Sequence record: NC_031126.1
Reading direction: 5' to 3' (one strand)
Length of the DNA stretch: 64,000 nt
Position 1 is the first letter of the stretch, and every line of letters starts with the position of its first letter. The position numbers and the translations under genes were made by a program. Positions 1 to 9,531 of the stretch are shown in pieces. The notes under the pieces were generated by a model. That model searched no databases. It had not been told where the DNA came from and worked only from the letters and a program-made list of their open reading frames with translations.

Positions 1-870
1 TTGTTTACGCATGCCGAACTTGTCACGATGCTGTTAACCGGCACCGGGGCGAAGTTAGTCAGTGGAACCGAGGGCTGGTATAAGTTCTTTTATCAGGGCA
101 CTATCATTTATCTACCGGTCACGCCGGTGGCAAACACCATCAGTTGGAGTCTGCTTTACGGGGCAGGTATCGTTTATGGTGTTGATGGGGTCGGGACCTA
201 TCCGATGTCGCCTGCGGTTAATCAAGGCAAAATCTTAACAAAAGATACAGCCAGTGACGGGCGTATTTATCTTCGACCAAAACTACCCACCGCCAGCAAG
301 AATGACCCTATGACAACAGCCACTGGGACACTTCCAATAGCGGACACTGCTGGTAGCGTTCTTGATTTGATGTTGAAGGTTCGTGATGGTACCTGGGAAA
401 GCAACTCGTACAGCGATTGGTCGCAATGGGTGCAGATGCGCAATAGCGTGCAGGGGCAGACGCAGAACAACAAACTGATTACGATGTTGGGGCAAAGCGC
501 TACTAACGTCAACAAAACTACAGCGGGCGCGGGGTATTACTGGTGGCCTGTCTTAGAGTTAGTTGACAAAAATGGCACCACTTTAGGATTGGAAGAGCTT
601 CGGGGTAACGTTGATCGTACTCTGACACCTATCACCTTTACGCCACAACTGACGCTACAAATTGCGCCGATTGCGATGACTAACGCAAAGACCGTTGAGT
701 ATTCACCGATACTCTTTGGTACCGAAAACAGTCTAGCGATATCACCGACTGCGTTTGCGTTACCGAAAACGGTTGACTTCACGCCAATCACCTTCTCCGC
801 AGAAATCTATACCCCACCTGCTAAACCATCGTTATCGACAATGAATGGTGAATTAGACGGGTTCAAATAG
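1..870 (+). CDS. Virion/receptor-binding protein, class A of triplet 1 (5'-truncated by window edge)
   Basis: Open from base 1. WYKFFYQGTIIYLP, W..LYGAGIVYG and WWPVLEL motifs shared with downstream paralogues; ends LSTMNGELDGFK. Confidence 0.8.
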   Translation: MFTHAELVTMLLTGTGAKLVSGTEGWYKFFYQGTIIYLPVTPVANTISWSLLYGAGIVYGVDGVGTYPMSPAVNQGKILTKDTASDGRIYLRPKLPTASKNDPMTTATGTLPIADTAGSVLDLMLKVRDGTWESNSYSDWSQWVQMRNSVQGQTQNNKLITMLGQSATNVNKTTAGAGYYWWPVLELVDKNGTTLGLEELRGNVDRTLTPITFTPQLTLQIAPIAMTNAKTVEYSPILFGTENSLAISPTAFALPKTVDFTPITFSAEIYTPPAKPSLSTMNGELDGFK

Positions 871-881
871 AGGTATTCATC

Positions 882-1877
882 ATGTCATTTACATTGCGTT
901 GGAAGAACCCAAACGTAATCTCCACGGTGGTCAACATTTACCGTGATACCAAAGATATTTTAGTCACTGCTCTACCTGCCCCTATCGCAACACTGACTAA
1001 CGGCGAAACTGAGTGGCGGGATAATACAGCCTTACCGGGCGGAACCTACTGGTATTTAGCCACTGTGACCGCCAATGGGAAGACGGTAGCCACGTCTAGT
1101 CAGAAGTACGTCATTGAGGTCAAGCGCGGCATCGGGCCTATGAACTTCTTGTATGGCGATGACCGTCTGGGATTCTTAGGGCAAGTGCCTTATGAGGAGT
1201 TGTGGTCACCGCAACAGATGCCTGCTGGGTTCTTGTCAATGTTCCCCAATTTACTGACCGACCGTGTGGCGGTATATAAGTTTTCCCGCAACGGGAAAAT
1301 GTTGTACCTTATGTCAAACCCTAGCCAGTTCCCTGGATTTGCTAACTGGTCTTCGCTGTACCAAGCAGGTCTCGTATACGGTACAGACGACTTTGGGCCT
1401 GCGGGTGGACATGGTACACTACCCGATACCAAACAAGACGCGAAGATTATTCACAACGGTGATACCTACCGTATGCGTCTCGTTCGTGGTATCACTTCGG
1501 TAGGCACGCCTGCTGCCTTCCCGTTTAACGATGCGTATAACGCGAAAGATCATGATGCTGTGTCAGAGCTAACGGGTTCTTGCGAATTCAATGATCTGTT
1601 CTACACCCTTGTCGATCCCGTCCCCAATAAACAGCGTTGGGGAAACTGGAATGCCCTCAGTTATACCTACATCGGTCGCAGCGACATCGCCGCAAACCAA
1701 CCCTACTACTTAGGTGGTACGCTGTGTATGGAACATGATACCGTGGGTGATAGAGTTCTGCATCGTGGTATTTTTAGTACATCGTCAGCACAACCGGTGT
1801 CTGTTATTCAACGCATCAATTATGTTTCGCCATCTCAACAAGGCCGTTATTTGCCTGTGTTTGAATTGGTTGAATAA
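882..1877 (+). CDS. Virion/receptor-binding protein, class B of triplet 1
   Basis: RBS GAGGT. N-terminal MSFTLRWKNPN Fn3/Ig-like beta domain, GIGP linker, shared family domain ending YLPVFELVE. Confidence 0.8.
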   Translation: MSFTLRWKNPNVISTVVNIYRDTKDILVTALPAPIATLTNGETEWRDNTALPGGTYWYLATVTANGKTVATSSQKYVIEVKRGIGPMNFLYGDDRLGFLGQVPYEELWSPQQMPAGFLSMFPNLLTDRVAVYKFSRNGKMLYLMSNPSQFPGFANWSSLYQAGLVYGTDDFGPAGGHGTLPDTKQDAKIIHNGDTYRMRLVRGITSVGTPAAFPFNDAYNAKDHDAVSELTGSCEFNDLFYTLVDPVPNKQRWGNWNALSYTYIGRSDIAANQPYYLGGTLCMEHDTVGDRVLHRGIFSTSSAQPVSVIQRINYVSPSQQGRYLPVFELVE

Positions 1878-1886
1878 GGAGCGGTC

Positions 1887-2816
1887 ATGACCATTCGTTT
1901 AAGTTGGCCGACGCAGGTTGACAAAGCATTAACAGGCATTGAGATTTATCGGAAAACGGGGTGGGATGCAACGATTGATGTATACAATCCAGGCGTCCCA
2001 CTTGCCACGTTGGCGGGAAACGCTACTGAGTTTGTAGAGAATGTTGCTAACCTGACTTCGAAAACGATTTACAAATATTGGGTAGCGGCAGTAAAAGGCA
2101 CCGAACGTCTGTTCAGTCAGCCGATTACTCAAGGGTTCTATTTAGACACTGGACCTGGCCCACAAACGTTAAAGCGGGGTGATTGGTACGCGGGTTATTT
2201 CGGTACGCTGACGAATGCTGAGTTTTTTAACACTACAGAAATCAAGCAATTACTTCCCGCAGCACGCGGAAATTTATTCCAGTACGACCCGCAGCTTTGG
2301 TATAAGTTTGTTTATAAAGGCCGAATTATTTTTGTTCCGAGTAGTCGCCATGCGACAGGCTACAGTTTTATTAATGCGTACGCGCAGGGGATGGCTTACG
2401 GTACGGATGATAACGGCGTGATTGTCCCATCCGGTGCCGCCGCTACGAAGCAAGACGCCAAGATTAGCAAAGACGGGCGCACCTATCGCATTAGACTGCC
2501 GTATGCATTAGACTACGCTGCCGCAATCGGTAGCAGCGGTGACTACAACAGCGGCGAATGGCGTAACACCATGGGTAGAATGTTTACCGGGGCGTCTGCT
2601 AACTTTCCTTTGCAAGGTATAGCGTCCTGGGATTCGTTGGCGCTCCTGGGTAGCACCTCGGCTATAAATGATGCGGGGGCTGTAGCGGTGGTACCGATGT
2701 ATACGCAAGGCACGAATCTTTACGCATATGGGTATAGTCCAATGGCCTTTAACACGAATAATAATGTGGGTAGCGCCATGTCGATGTGGTTTGTCTTTGA
2801 ATTAATTTTACCGTAA
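1887..2816 (+). CDS. Virion/receptor-binding protein, class C of triplet 1
   Basis: RBS AGGAG. MTIRLSW..Q...IEIYR N-terminus, TGPGP..L.RGDW..GYFG linker, ends WFVFELILP. Confidence 0.8.
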   Translation: MTIRLSWPTQVDKALTGIEIYRKTGWDATIDVYNPGVPLATLAGNATEFVENVANLTSKTIYKYWVAAVKGTERLFSQPITQGFYLDTGPGPQTLKRGDWYAGYFGTLTNAEFFNTTEIKQLLPAARGNLFQYDPQLWYKFVYKGRIIFVPSSRHATGYSFINAYAQGMAYGTDDNGVIVPSGAAATKQDAKISKDGRTYRIRLPYALDYAAAIGSSGDYNSGEWRNTMGRMFTGASANFPLQGIASWDSLALLGSTSAINDAGAVAVVPMYTQGTNLYAYGYSPMAFNTNNNVGSAMSMWFVFELILP

Positions 2817-2828
2817 TGGAGTAATGCC

Positions 2829-4271
2829 ATGGGGTTGTATACAGAACCTTCGATGGAACTGCTCTGCCAACAAGTTGTCCGTGACAATCCCGAATTAGCA
2901 GGACGGATCACCGCTGGCTCTATTGGGGTCAGGGGTGTTCCTACTGCGAAGACCATTAATGGTCGAAACACGCAAATTACGTTGGTAGGGAAACCCGGCA
3001 AAGGGTTCGCTGGGGAAATAACAGTCTATTACGACCGTTTAGCGTTAACGAATCTTTATAACGCACCGTTGACGCTTTATGTTCCAAAAGAGAAAACAAA
3101 GGTTGCTGACCTTTTACCGTTGTTACGGGATTACTACGGTATTGCGTTGGACATCAATGAAATCACTGTCCCCTCTCAAAACATTAAGCCGCTGGCGACA
3201 TTGATGCCGTTGGTTATCACGGCCTCTAACAGCCCATGCTACACCGGAACGTTAACGGTTAATTACGCAGCGCAACCGTATGGCTATTTCCCAGACAGTG
3301 GTCCGGGTAGTAAACAGCTGTTAGCGGGCGATGAGGTGTATGGGTATTTTGGAGTGGTTGAGCAAAAAGACTTTGCTACCGCCACCGACTTATACACCAC
3401 AGCATTCCCTGGTGTGGATAAGTCCACCATTGAGCAAACCAACTTCACCTGGCGAAAGTTCTTCATGAACGGCAACGTCGTCTATTTACCGTCGGGGAAG
3501 GTAGGGACAACGTCGTGGGCCGGATTGTACGCAGCTGGGGCGGTGTACGGCGACGACACGACCGGAACGCCACCCTCTGGCACCACACCTGTGGTACAGA
3601 CGCTCTATTACAGTAAAACTGAAAACGGAAACACGTCGTATTTCAATTTACGTATTCCGAGTGACGGTGGTCGTGGGGAAGATGTTCCGTTAGGATTATT
3701 GGCGCGTCTGGGGAACGGTAATGATGCGGGTGTATGGGGTAAGGATACCGAGATACGTTACACCGAACAGGTTATCTTCAGTGCGCTGAGTGGCGCAAAG
3801 AACCTGGTAGGCAATCTTATCGGTAGCGGTGGTGCGTGGATTGACACCTGGACATCGTCGGGCTGGTTCCCTATTGTCGAGATGCTAGACAAATCGAACA
3901 TGGTGCTCCCCCTCGCAGATATCGAAGGTGAAGTTGTTTGGGCCTGTCGTCCGCTTGTGCCTACGCACAATGACGTTCCCGAAACCATACACCCATTAGA
4001 AATCCAAAGTGCGACCACCCCACTGCCAATACCGGTCTCAGTAAGTAGTAAGCAAGGTACACCACTGATGCACCCTATTCAACTACAAGAGCCTACGGTT
4101 GATATCGTAAGGCCGATAGTTGCTGGGGCCCGCACCTACTACGTGGCTATTCCTATCCAGTTGCAAGAGCCGCATGTTATCGCACCACGTCCTTTAGTGG
4201 CAACGCGCGGAGAACCTCTGATGAAATATGATATTGCGACCGCCAGCGGTGAGTTGGATGGTTTTCAATAA
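2829..4271 (+). CDS. Virion/receptor-binding protein, class A of triplet 2
   Basis: MGLY..P.ELLC...RDNP N-terminal anchor domain with RN..ITL.G...G...YYDR, PDSGPGSK linker, family domain, Pro-rich tail, ends ASGELDGFQ. Confidence 0.85.
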   Translation: MGLYTEPSMELLCQQVVRDNPELAGRITAGSIGVRGVPTAKTINGRNTQITLVGKPGKGFAGEITVYYDRLALTNLYNAPLTLYVPKEKTKVADLLPLLRDYYGIALDINEITVPSQNIKPLATLMPLVITASNSPCYTGTLTVNYAAQPYGYFPDSGPGSKQLLAGDEVYGYFGVVEQKDFATATDLYTTAFPGVDKSTIEQTNFTWRKFFMNGNVVYLPSGKVGTTSWAGLYAAGAVYGDDTTGTPPSGTTPVVQTLYYSKTENGNTSYFNLRIPSDGGRGEDVPLGLLARLGNGNDAGVWGKDTEIRYTEQVIFSALSGAKNLVGNLIGSGGAWIDTWTSSGWFPIVEMLDKSNMVLPLADIEGEVVWACRPLVPTHNDVPETIHPLEIQSATTPLPIPVSVSSKQGTPLMHPIQLQEPTVDIVRPIVAGARTYYVAIPIQLQEPHVIAPRPLVATRGEPLMKYDIATASGELDGFQ

Positions 4272-4281
4272 GGAGTAAGAC

Positions 4282-5271
4282 ATGGCATTTACACTACGTT
4301 GGAAAAACGATAACCCTGCCGGGTCTGTGGTGAAGGTCTATCGCGGAACTGCAAAGCTGGTACCAACGTCATTACCCGAACCCTTGGCAGTCTTGTCTAA
4401 TGGGGAAGAAACCTTTACGGATACCACCGTGGTATTGAATACAGGATATTACTACCTGTTAACCGTAACGGTGGGAAGTCGGACTGTTACGGGGCCGCAA
4501 AAATACATCGTCATTAAAAACCGACGCGGTATCGGCCCGATTGATTTGAAACAGGCGGGCGATACAGACGACTTAGCCTACTTGGGTGGAATGGATTACG
4601 TAGAACAGTTTACGTATAACGCTTTACCTGCGGGCTTACGTGCCCTCACCGGTTTTAGTGGGGATGGTGGGCTGAATATGTTTAAGTTCCTGCACCGTGG
4701 GCGTATACTGTATACGTTCCCTTACGGACGTTTCCACAATAAACTCATTTCGTGGAATGATATCTATAATGCCGGTTTGATGTATGGCATGGATGGGTTT
4801 GGGCCGGAAGGTGGGCATCCCGGTTTACCGGATATCGACCAGGGTGGGTTGTTTGATTGGCAGGGTGACACTTACCGCGTTCGCAGTCTACGTGGTTTGA
4901 CGGACGTGGGAGAACCTACGCTTTTGACCCTGCCTGATAGTCTACATGGTGTTGACCACGACACAACCGAATACGGTCGCTGTGAGTACAATGACCTCCT
5001 GTACCCGTTCTGCGATTGGATGCCTGATAAGCAACCTAATGCTAATTGGGGTTACGTCATGACCTACTCGTTCTTCAATTACGCAACGACGTGGACTGGC
5101 GCAGGTTTCCTTTGTCAGGAACGCGACCCAGACTCTGGTAAGGTATTGATGCGTGGCTCCGCACCTGCAACTTCGCCAGCCAATGCAAAAATCGACCTGA
5201 CGATGATCAAATTGATTGACCCCGCCGCAGCCGCAGGGTATTTCGTTCCTGTGATTGAGCTAATGGAGTAA
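4282..5271 (+). CDS. Virion/receptor-binding protein, class B of triplet 2
   Basis: MAFTLRWKNDN N-terminus, GIGP linker, ends FVPVIELME; paralogue of 882..1877. Confidence 0.8.
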   Translation: MAFTLRWKNDNPAGSVVKVYRGTAKLVPTSLPEPLAVLSNGEETFTDTTVVLNTGYYYLLTVTVGSRTVTGPQKYIVIKNRRGIGPIDLKQAGDTDDLAYLGGMDYVEQFTYNALPAGLRALTGFSGDGGLNMFKFLHRGRILYTFPYGRFHNKLISWNDIYNAGLMYGMDGFGPEGGHPGLPDIDQGGLFDWQGDTYRVRSLRGLTDVGEPTLLTLPDSLHGVDHDTTEYGRCEYNDLLYPFCDWMPDKQPNANWGYVMTYSFFNYATTWTGAGFLCQERDPDSGKVLMRGSAPATSPANAKIDLTMIKLIDPAAAAGYFVPVIELME

Positions 5272-5274
5272 GTC

Positions 5275-6174
5275 ATGTCAATTGTATTGAATTGGAAACA
5301 GCAACCAGGGCAGACGCTAGATTCAATCGAAATTTACCGTTACAACCCGAAAGATACACCGAACCCAACATCGCCAGGCACGCCGTTGGTTGTGTTGCCA
5401 GGCACGGCTACGTCGTACGAGGATACCTCGGTAGCGAACTTTAAGACATACCAGTACCGCATCGTGTCTGTAAAGGGCACAGACAAGGTAATGGGTTTCC
5501 CTATCATGCAGGGATTCTTCCCTTATACCGGACCAGGCCCTCAGGAGCTGATTCGCGGTGACTGGAACTGTGGCTACTTTGGATCACTGAAGAACACCGA
5601 GTTCTTCTTAGGTGCAGCGGAAATCAATGCGTTGGCGGGCGTTGCTATCTGGAACCAGAGCCCAGTATTGTTCCATAAGTTCATTTGGCATGACCGTATC
5701 CTGTTTATCCCGGATACTAACACGCACTCCAGTATAACCTGGCAACAGTGTTACTTATACGGCATTGTGTGGGGTACGGACGACTTCGGGTATGCCCCGA
5801 CATCTACCGCTAACGTGAATCAACGCCGGACGGTGATTAAAGACGGGTACGAGTATGTTGTGCGTTTACCGCGTATTGCGGATTATGGTTACACGGCAAG
5901 CTCTTCGCTCAGCTCCGCTTCGTTTCTCCGGGATGGTGAGTGGCACAATACCTTTTTGAGGTTATTCCACCAGAATGGGCTAATGCCACGTTTCGATGAC
6001 CAAGATCCGAAAACGGGAAATACCTATTTAACCCCCGGTTCGACATGGCTTGCAAACGCCTTTAACGCATCGAACCCTTACTACCACCGGCCAGATTACC
6101 CCGATTCTGTAACGTATTCAAGTTACAACAATAGCGGTATGTGCACAACGATATTAGAACTGGTGCTTAACTAA
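5275..6174 (+). CDS. Virion/receptor-binding protein, class C of triplet 2
   Basis: MSIVLNWKQQ...IEIYR, TGPGPQELIRGDWNCGYFG, ends ILELVLN. Confidence 0.8.
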   Translation: MSIVLNWKQQPGQTLDSIEIYRYNPKDTPNPTSPGTPLVVLPGTATSYEDTSVANFKTYQYRIVSVKGTDKVMGFPIMQGFFPYTGPGPQELIRGDWNCGYFGSLKNTEFFLGAAEINALAGVAIWNQSPVLFHKFIWHDRILFIPDTNTHSSITWQQCYLYGIVWGTDDFGYAPTSTANVNQRRTVIKDGYEYVVRLPRIADYGYTASSSLSSASFLRDGEWHNTFLRLFHQNGLMPRFDDQDPKTGNTYLTPGSTWLANAFNASNPYYHRPDYPDSVTYSSYNNSGMCTTILELVLN

Positions 6175-6185
6175 TAGGAGACAAC

Positions 6186-7577
6186 ATGGGGTTATACAGC
6201 CAACCGCCGCTAGAATTACTCTGTCGGCTCATTATGCGTGATAATCCCCATATCGCAATACCCCTCGACCCTACCAAGGTCATGGTGTTGAGCGGGCCGC
6301 TGACAACCGGGCTCGGTACTAGCGGGCGTAATGCCCGCGTTACCTTAAACGGCAAAACAGGGTCGGGGATTGTTGGCAGGAAAGAATTCTTTTACGATAG
6401 AATCAACGTAGGCTCACTGTTCAATGGAATTAATGTTATCTTTGAGGCCGAAGGCGGCTCGACCAAAGTTTCTGACCTGCTACCTGCTTTAAAAGAACAA
6501 TACGGTATTCAGTTGTCTGCGGATGATTTGTCTAACGGCAACACCGACTTAGGCTATGCTTATACCCCAACACCGGTCACATTTAACATTGCATCGACAA
6601 GCCTGGCGTACACAGGAACCCTCACCGCAACGTGGACACGTAAACCGGTAGGGATTTTCCCAGATTCGGGGCCGGGCTCCAAGAAGATGTTAATCGGTGA
6701 TATCAATAACGGTTACTTCGGGGTGGTCAGTCAGGCTGAGTTGTTCCCAACGGTTCGGCTGTACAATGCCTTGAAAGGCGACCTCGGCTCTACGTTCGTG
6801 GCCGCTATTGATAATGCCCACTATTGGTTCAAGTTTGCTTTGGATGGTGAGTATTACTTCTTCCCAAGCGCCAACATATTTGGCGGTGTTTCTTGGGCAG
6901 CTCTGAATACCGCAGGGTATGCTAAAGCGAATGCAAAGTTCCCTGTTGTTTTAGATACAGGCGATGGTAAGCGTTTCTTCCAAATGCGTTTACCGAAGAT
7001 GGGCAACGACGATCCCATGGATGCGCTACGTGGTGAAGCAAATAGTGACGCGGCGCGGTTGTTCAACAAAATCCATGCTGGCGCTTACGGTACCAGTGCC
7101 TGGGATAATAAGACCCCGGATGTTCTCGGTGTCTTCTGGTGGCTGAACCACCGTAAGTTGGATGGAAACTTAACTTCTGTCTTTGTTACCTCCATGAACC
7201 AGCAGTCAATCAGCAGCGGTCCGGAAACCAATAACAACAGTTGGCGGCCGATGTTGAAGGTAATAGATGGTCGATTAATTGCCGTGCCCATGCAGGATAT
7301 CACCGGTGTTGCCGTAGGGCGTATCAGAGCGCCCGTACTGACGATTGACCGCGAACCCGACCCGTTACAACCGAAGCGGGTATTGGACGTCACTGGGACC
7401 TTCTTGCGGTCTTTCCCTAAACCGTTCTTAAAAGAACCAGGGTACAATTACGTTCTCGCGGTTCGAAGCATCGTCCCAAGTCGTTCAGTAAAAAGCTTCC
7501 CTGTCACTATCACTGTCACAGTTGACACCCGTATTCCGTTAGCCACCGCCGATGGCGAACTGAGTGGATTTCGCTAG
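6186..7577 (+). CDS. Virion/receptor-binding protein, class A of triplet 3
   Basis: MGLYSQPPLELLC..IMRDNP, PDSGPGSKK, WRPMLKV, ends ADGELSGFR. Confidence 0.85.
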   Translation: MGLYSQPPLELLCRLIMRDNPHIAIPLDPTKVMVLSGPLTTGLGTSGRNARVTLNGKTGSGIVGRKEFFYDRINVGSLFNGINVIFEAEGGSTKVSDLLPALKEQYGIQLSADDLSNGNTDLGYAYTPTPVTFNIASTSLAYTGTLTATWTRKPVGIFPDSGPGSKKMLIGDINNGYFGVVSQAELFPTVRLYNALKGDLGSTFVAAIDNAHYWFKFALDGEYYFFPSANIFGGVSWAALNTAGYAKANAKFPVVLDTGDGKRFFQMRLPKMGNDDPMDALRGEANSDAARLFNKIHAGAYGTSAWDNKTPDVLGVFWWLNHRKLDGNLTSVFVTSMNQQSISSGPETNNNSWRPMLKVIDGRLIAVPMQDITGVAVGRIRAPVLTIDREPDPLQPKRVLDVTGTFLRSFPKPFLKEPGYNYVLAVRSIVPSRSVKSFPVTITVTVDTRIPLATADGELSGFR

Positions 7578-7588
7578 GAGATAACACC

Positions 7589-8626
7589 ATGGCATTAAAA
7601 CTTACCTGGGCTAACCCGAATGTGGTGGCCAACAGTATTGCTATTTATCGCGGGGATGCGGAATTGAATCCTGCGGCGTTACCGACGCCGCTTGTTGTGT
7701 TGACTAACGGTGAAACCACCTGGACTGACGCAACCGCCGACTACGGGAAAACGTTCTATTACATTCTCGGTACCCGGACAGCAAACGACGAAGTGTTGAC
7801 GGCTAGTCAAAAAATCCTGGTGGCGGATAATCGGGGTATTGGGCCATCGATATTAAAGTTCGGTGATGATAACCTGGGTTATTACGGCACCGTGTTAAGT
7901 TCGGACTTCGTAGGCTTCCCTGACCTACAGGCCGTTGCAGCGGTAACGATGTCCACATTAACCTGGAACCCAGTTTGGCACAAGTTCGTGCGTAACGGTA
8001 AAATCATCTATGTACCGGACGGTGTTCCGCCAGATTTTTACACCTGGCAACAGATCTATCAGTTCGGGTTTATGTATGGTATCGATGCGAACTACCCACC
8101 GGGTTTAACGTTAACGGGTTTAACTCCCACCAATCAAAACCGCATCATTGACTTCAAAGGTCAAAAATACCGTGTCCGCACGATTCGCGGCTGGAGTGAT
8201 GATCCAGTCAGCCAGTATGTGTCAACGGTCGTTAATGGCACCGAAAGTGATGCCGCAGCTCTAGCGATAAAGAATAATGAATTCAGTGACTTCATCTATG
8301 CGTTAATGACATATGTTCCACTGAAACAGCGTACTGAAAACTATGTCGAAACCGCAGACCCTGGCCTGTACGTGGGTGGGGCAATGAACGCTGGGTTTAA
8401 CCAGGATACTCAAATCCTGGAGATGAACCGTGGTCGTGTGTTGTGCCAAGAACGTGACACGGGTGGGGTAACCGCAAACATGCTGACGCGCGGGCTACGG
8501 CCTGTGGGTTATTCCTCAGTACCGGGTTGGACGAAAGCGAACCTGACGTATATTCAAAGCCGTCCCGCGAACGTCCAAGCACGTTGGCTCCCGGTGTTAG
8601 AACTCATTGATAGCGTTGCTCTTTAA
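7589..8626 (+). CDS. Virion/receptor-binding protein, class B of triplet 3
   Basis: MALKLTWANPN, GIGPSILKFGD, WHKFVRNGK, WLPVLEL. Confidence 0.8.
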   Translation: MALKLTWANPNVVANSIAIYRGDAELNPAALPTPLVVLTNGETTWTDATADYGKTFYYILGTRTANDEVLTASQKILVADNRGIGPSILKFGDDNLGYYGTVLSSDFVGFPDLQAVAAVTMSTLTWNPVWHKFVRNGKIIYVPDGVPPDFYTWQQIYQFGFMYGIDANYPPGLTLTGLTPTNQNRIIDFKGQKYRVRTIRGWSDDPVSQYVSTVVNGTESDAAALAIKNNEFSDFIYALMTYVPLKQRTENYVETADPGLYVGGAMNAGFNQDTQILEMNRGRVLCQERDTGGVTANMLTRGLRPVGYSSVPGWTKANLTYIQSRPANVQARWLPVLELIDSVAL

Positions 8627-8635
8627 GGAATCATT

Positions 8636-9520
8636 ATGGGCGTAAAATTAAACTGGGACTTGCAAGTGACCCAGAATCTGGATGCGATTGAAATCTATCG
8701 AAGCAATACACCGGTAGACTCTTCTAACCCAGGTTCGCCACTGGTGTCCCTCCCCGGCACTGCAACGCAGTTCGAAGACGTCACGGTCAAGAACAAAAAC
8801 CTCTATTACTACCGTATCGCTGCCCGCAAAGGCACGGAGCGTGGTTGGGGTGAAAACCAGCTAACGGGTTACTTCTCCGAAACTGGCCCTGGGCGTGCGT
8901 ACCCGTTACGCGGTGATTGGAATGCTGGGCTGATGGATATTATCCCACAGGCAAGCCTTATCACCCTGTCGGATTTCTTTGCGAAGCTGCCCCAACTAAC
9001 CAAATTCGGGGCTGTCTCCGGGAGCGTTACCAGCTGGTACAAAACCTGTCACAAAGGGAAAGTTATCTTTGTGCCAAGTGGGCCGATGCTGACAGCATCC
9101 TGGAGTGAGCTGTATGGTGCCAAAGCTATTTACGGTGAAGAAAGTTCAGTGCAGTTACCGAACGGTACTTTAGCCAGTGGTAAGCTGACGGTTGACATAA
9201 ACGGTTTGACATACATTGTACGTTGTCCAAAACTGTCCCCGGTTCCGTACTCCACGTACCTAACGACACAAGACCAAACACTCAACAGTGAGTGGCGCGA
9301 TACGGTATCGCGTTTGTGCTTGTTATCCACTGAACCGCAAGCCGGTGCTAAGTCACGGTTGTTTGACTTAGGCTCTGCACCAACGACCGTTTTGGGTGGC
9401 CACATTCAGACCACCGTTAACTGTTCAGCGATGTTGCCTGCTGCACCTGGTGCTTTATCCTACGGTGCAATGGCTACTCGTTATTCTGTCGGGCTTGTGC
9501 TCGAACTTGTTATGCCTTAA
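8636..9520 (+). CDS. Virion/receptor-binding protein, class C of triplet 3
   Basis: MGVKLNWDLQ...IEIYRS, TGPG...LRGDW, ends LVLELVMP. Confidence 0.8.
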   Translation: MGVKLNWDLQVTQNLDAIEIYRSNTPVDSSNPGSPLVSLPGTATQFEDVTVKNKNLYYYRIAARKGTERGWGENQLTGYFSETGPGRAYPLRGDWNAGLMDIIPQASLITLSDFFAKLPQLTKFGAVSGSVTSWYKTCHKGKVIFVPSGPMLTASWSELYGAKAIYGEESSVQLPNGTLASGKLTVDINGLTYIVRCPKLSPVPYSTYLTTQDQTLNSEWRDTVSRLCLLSTEPQAGAKSRLFDLGSAPTTVLGGHIQTTVNCSAMLPAAPGALSYGAMATRYSVGLVLELVMP

Positions 9521-9531
9521 AGGAGAAAAAC

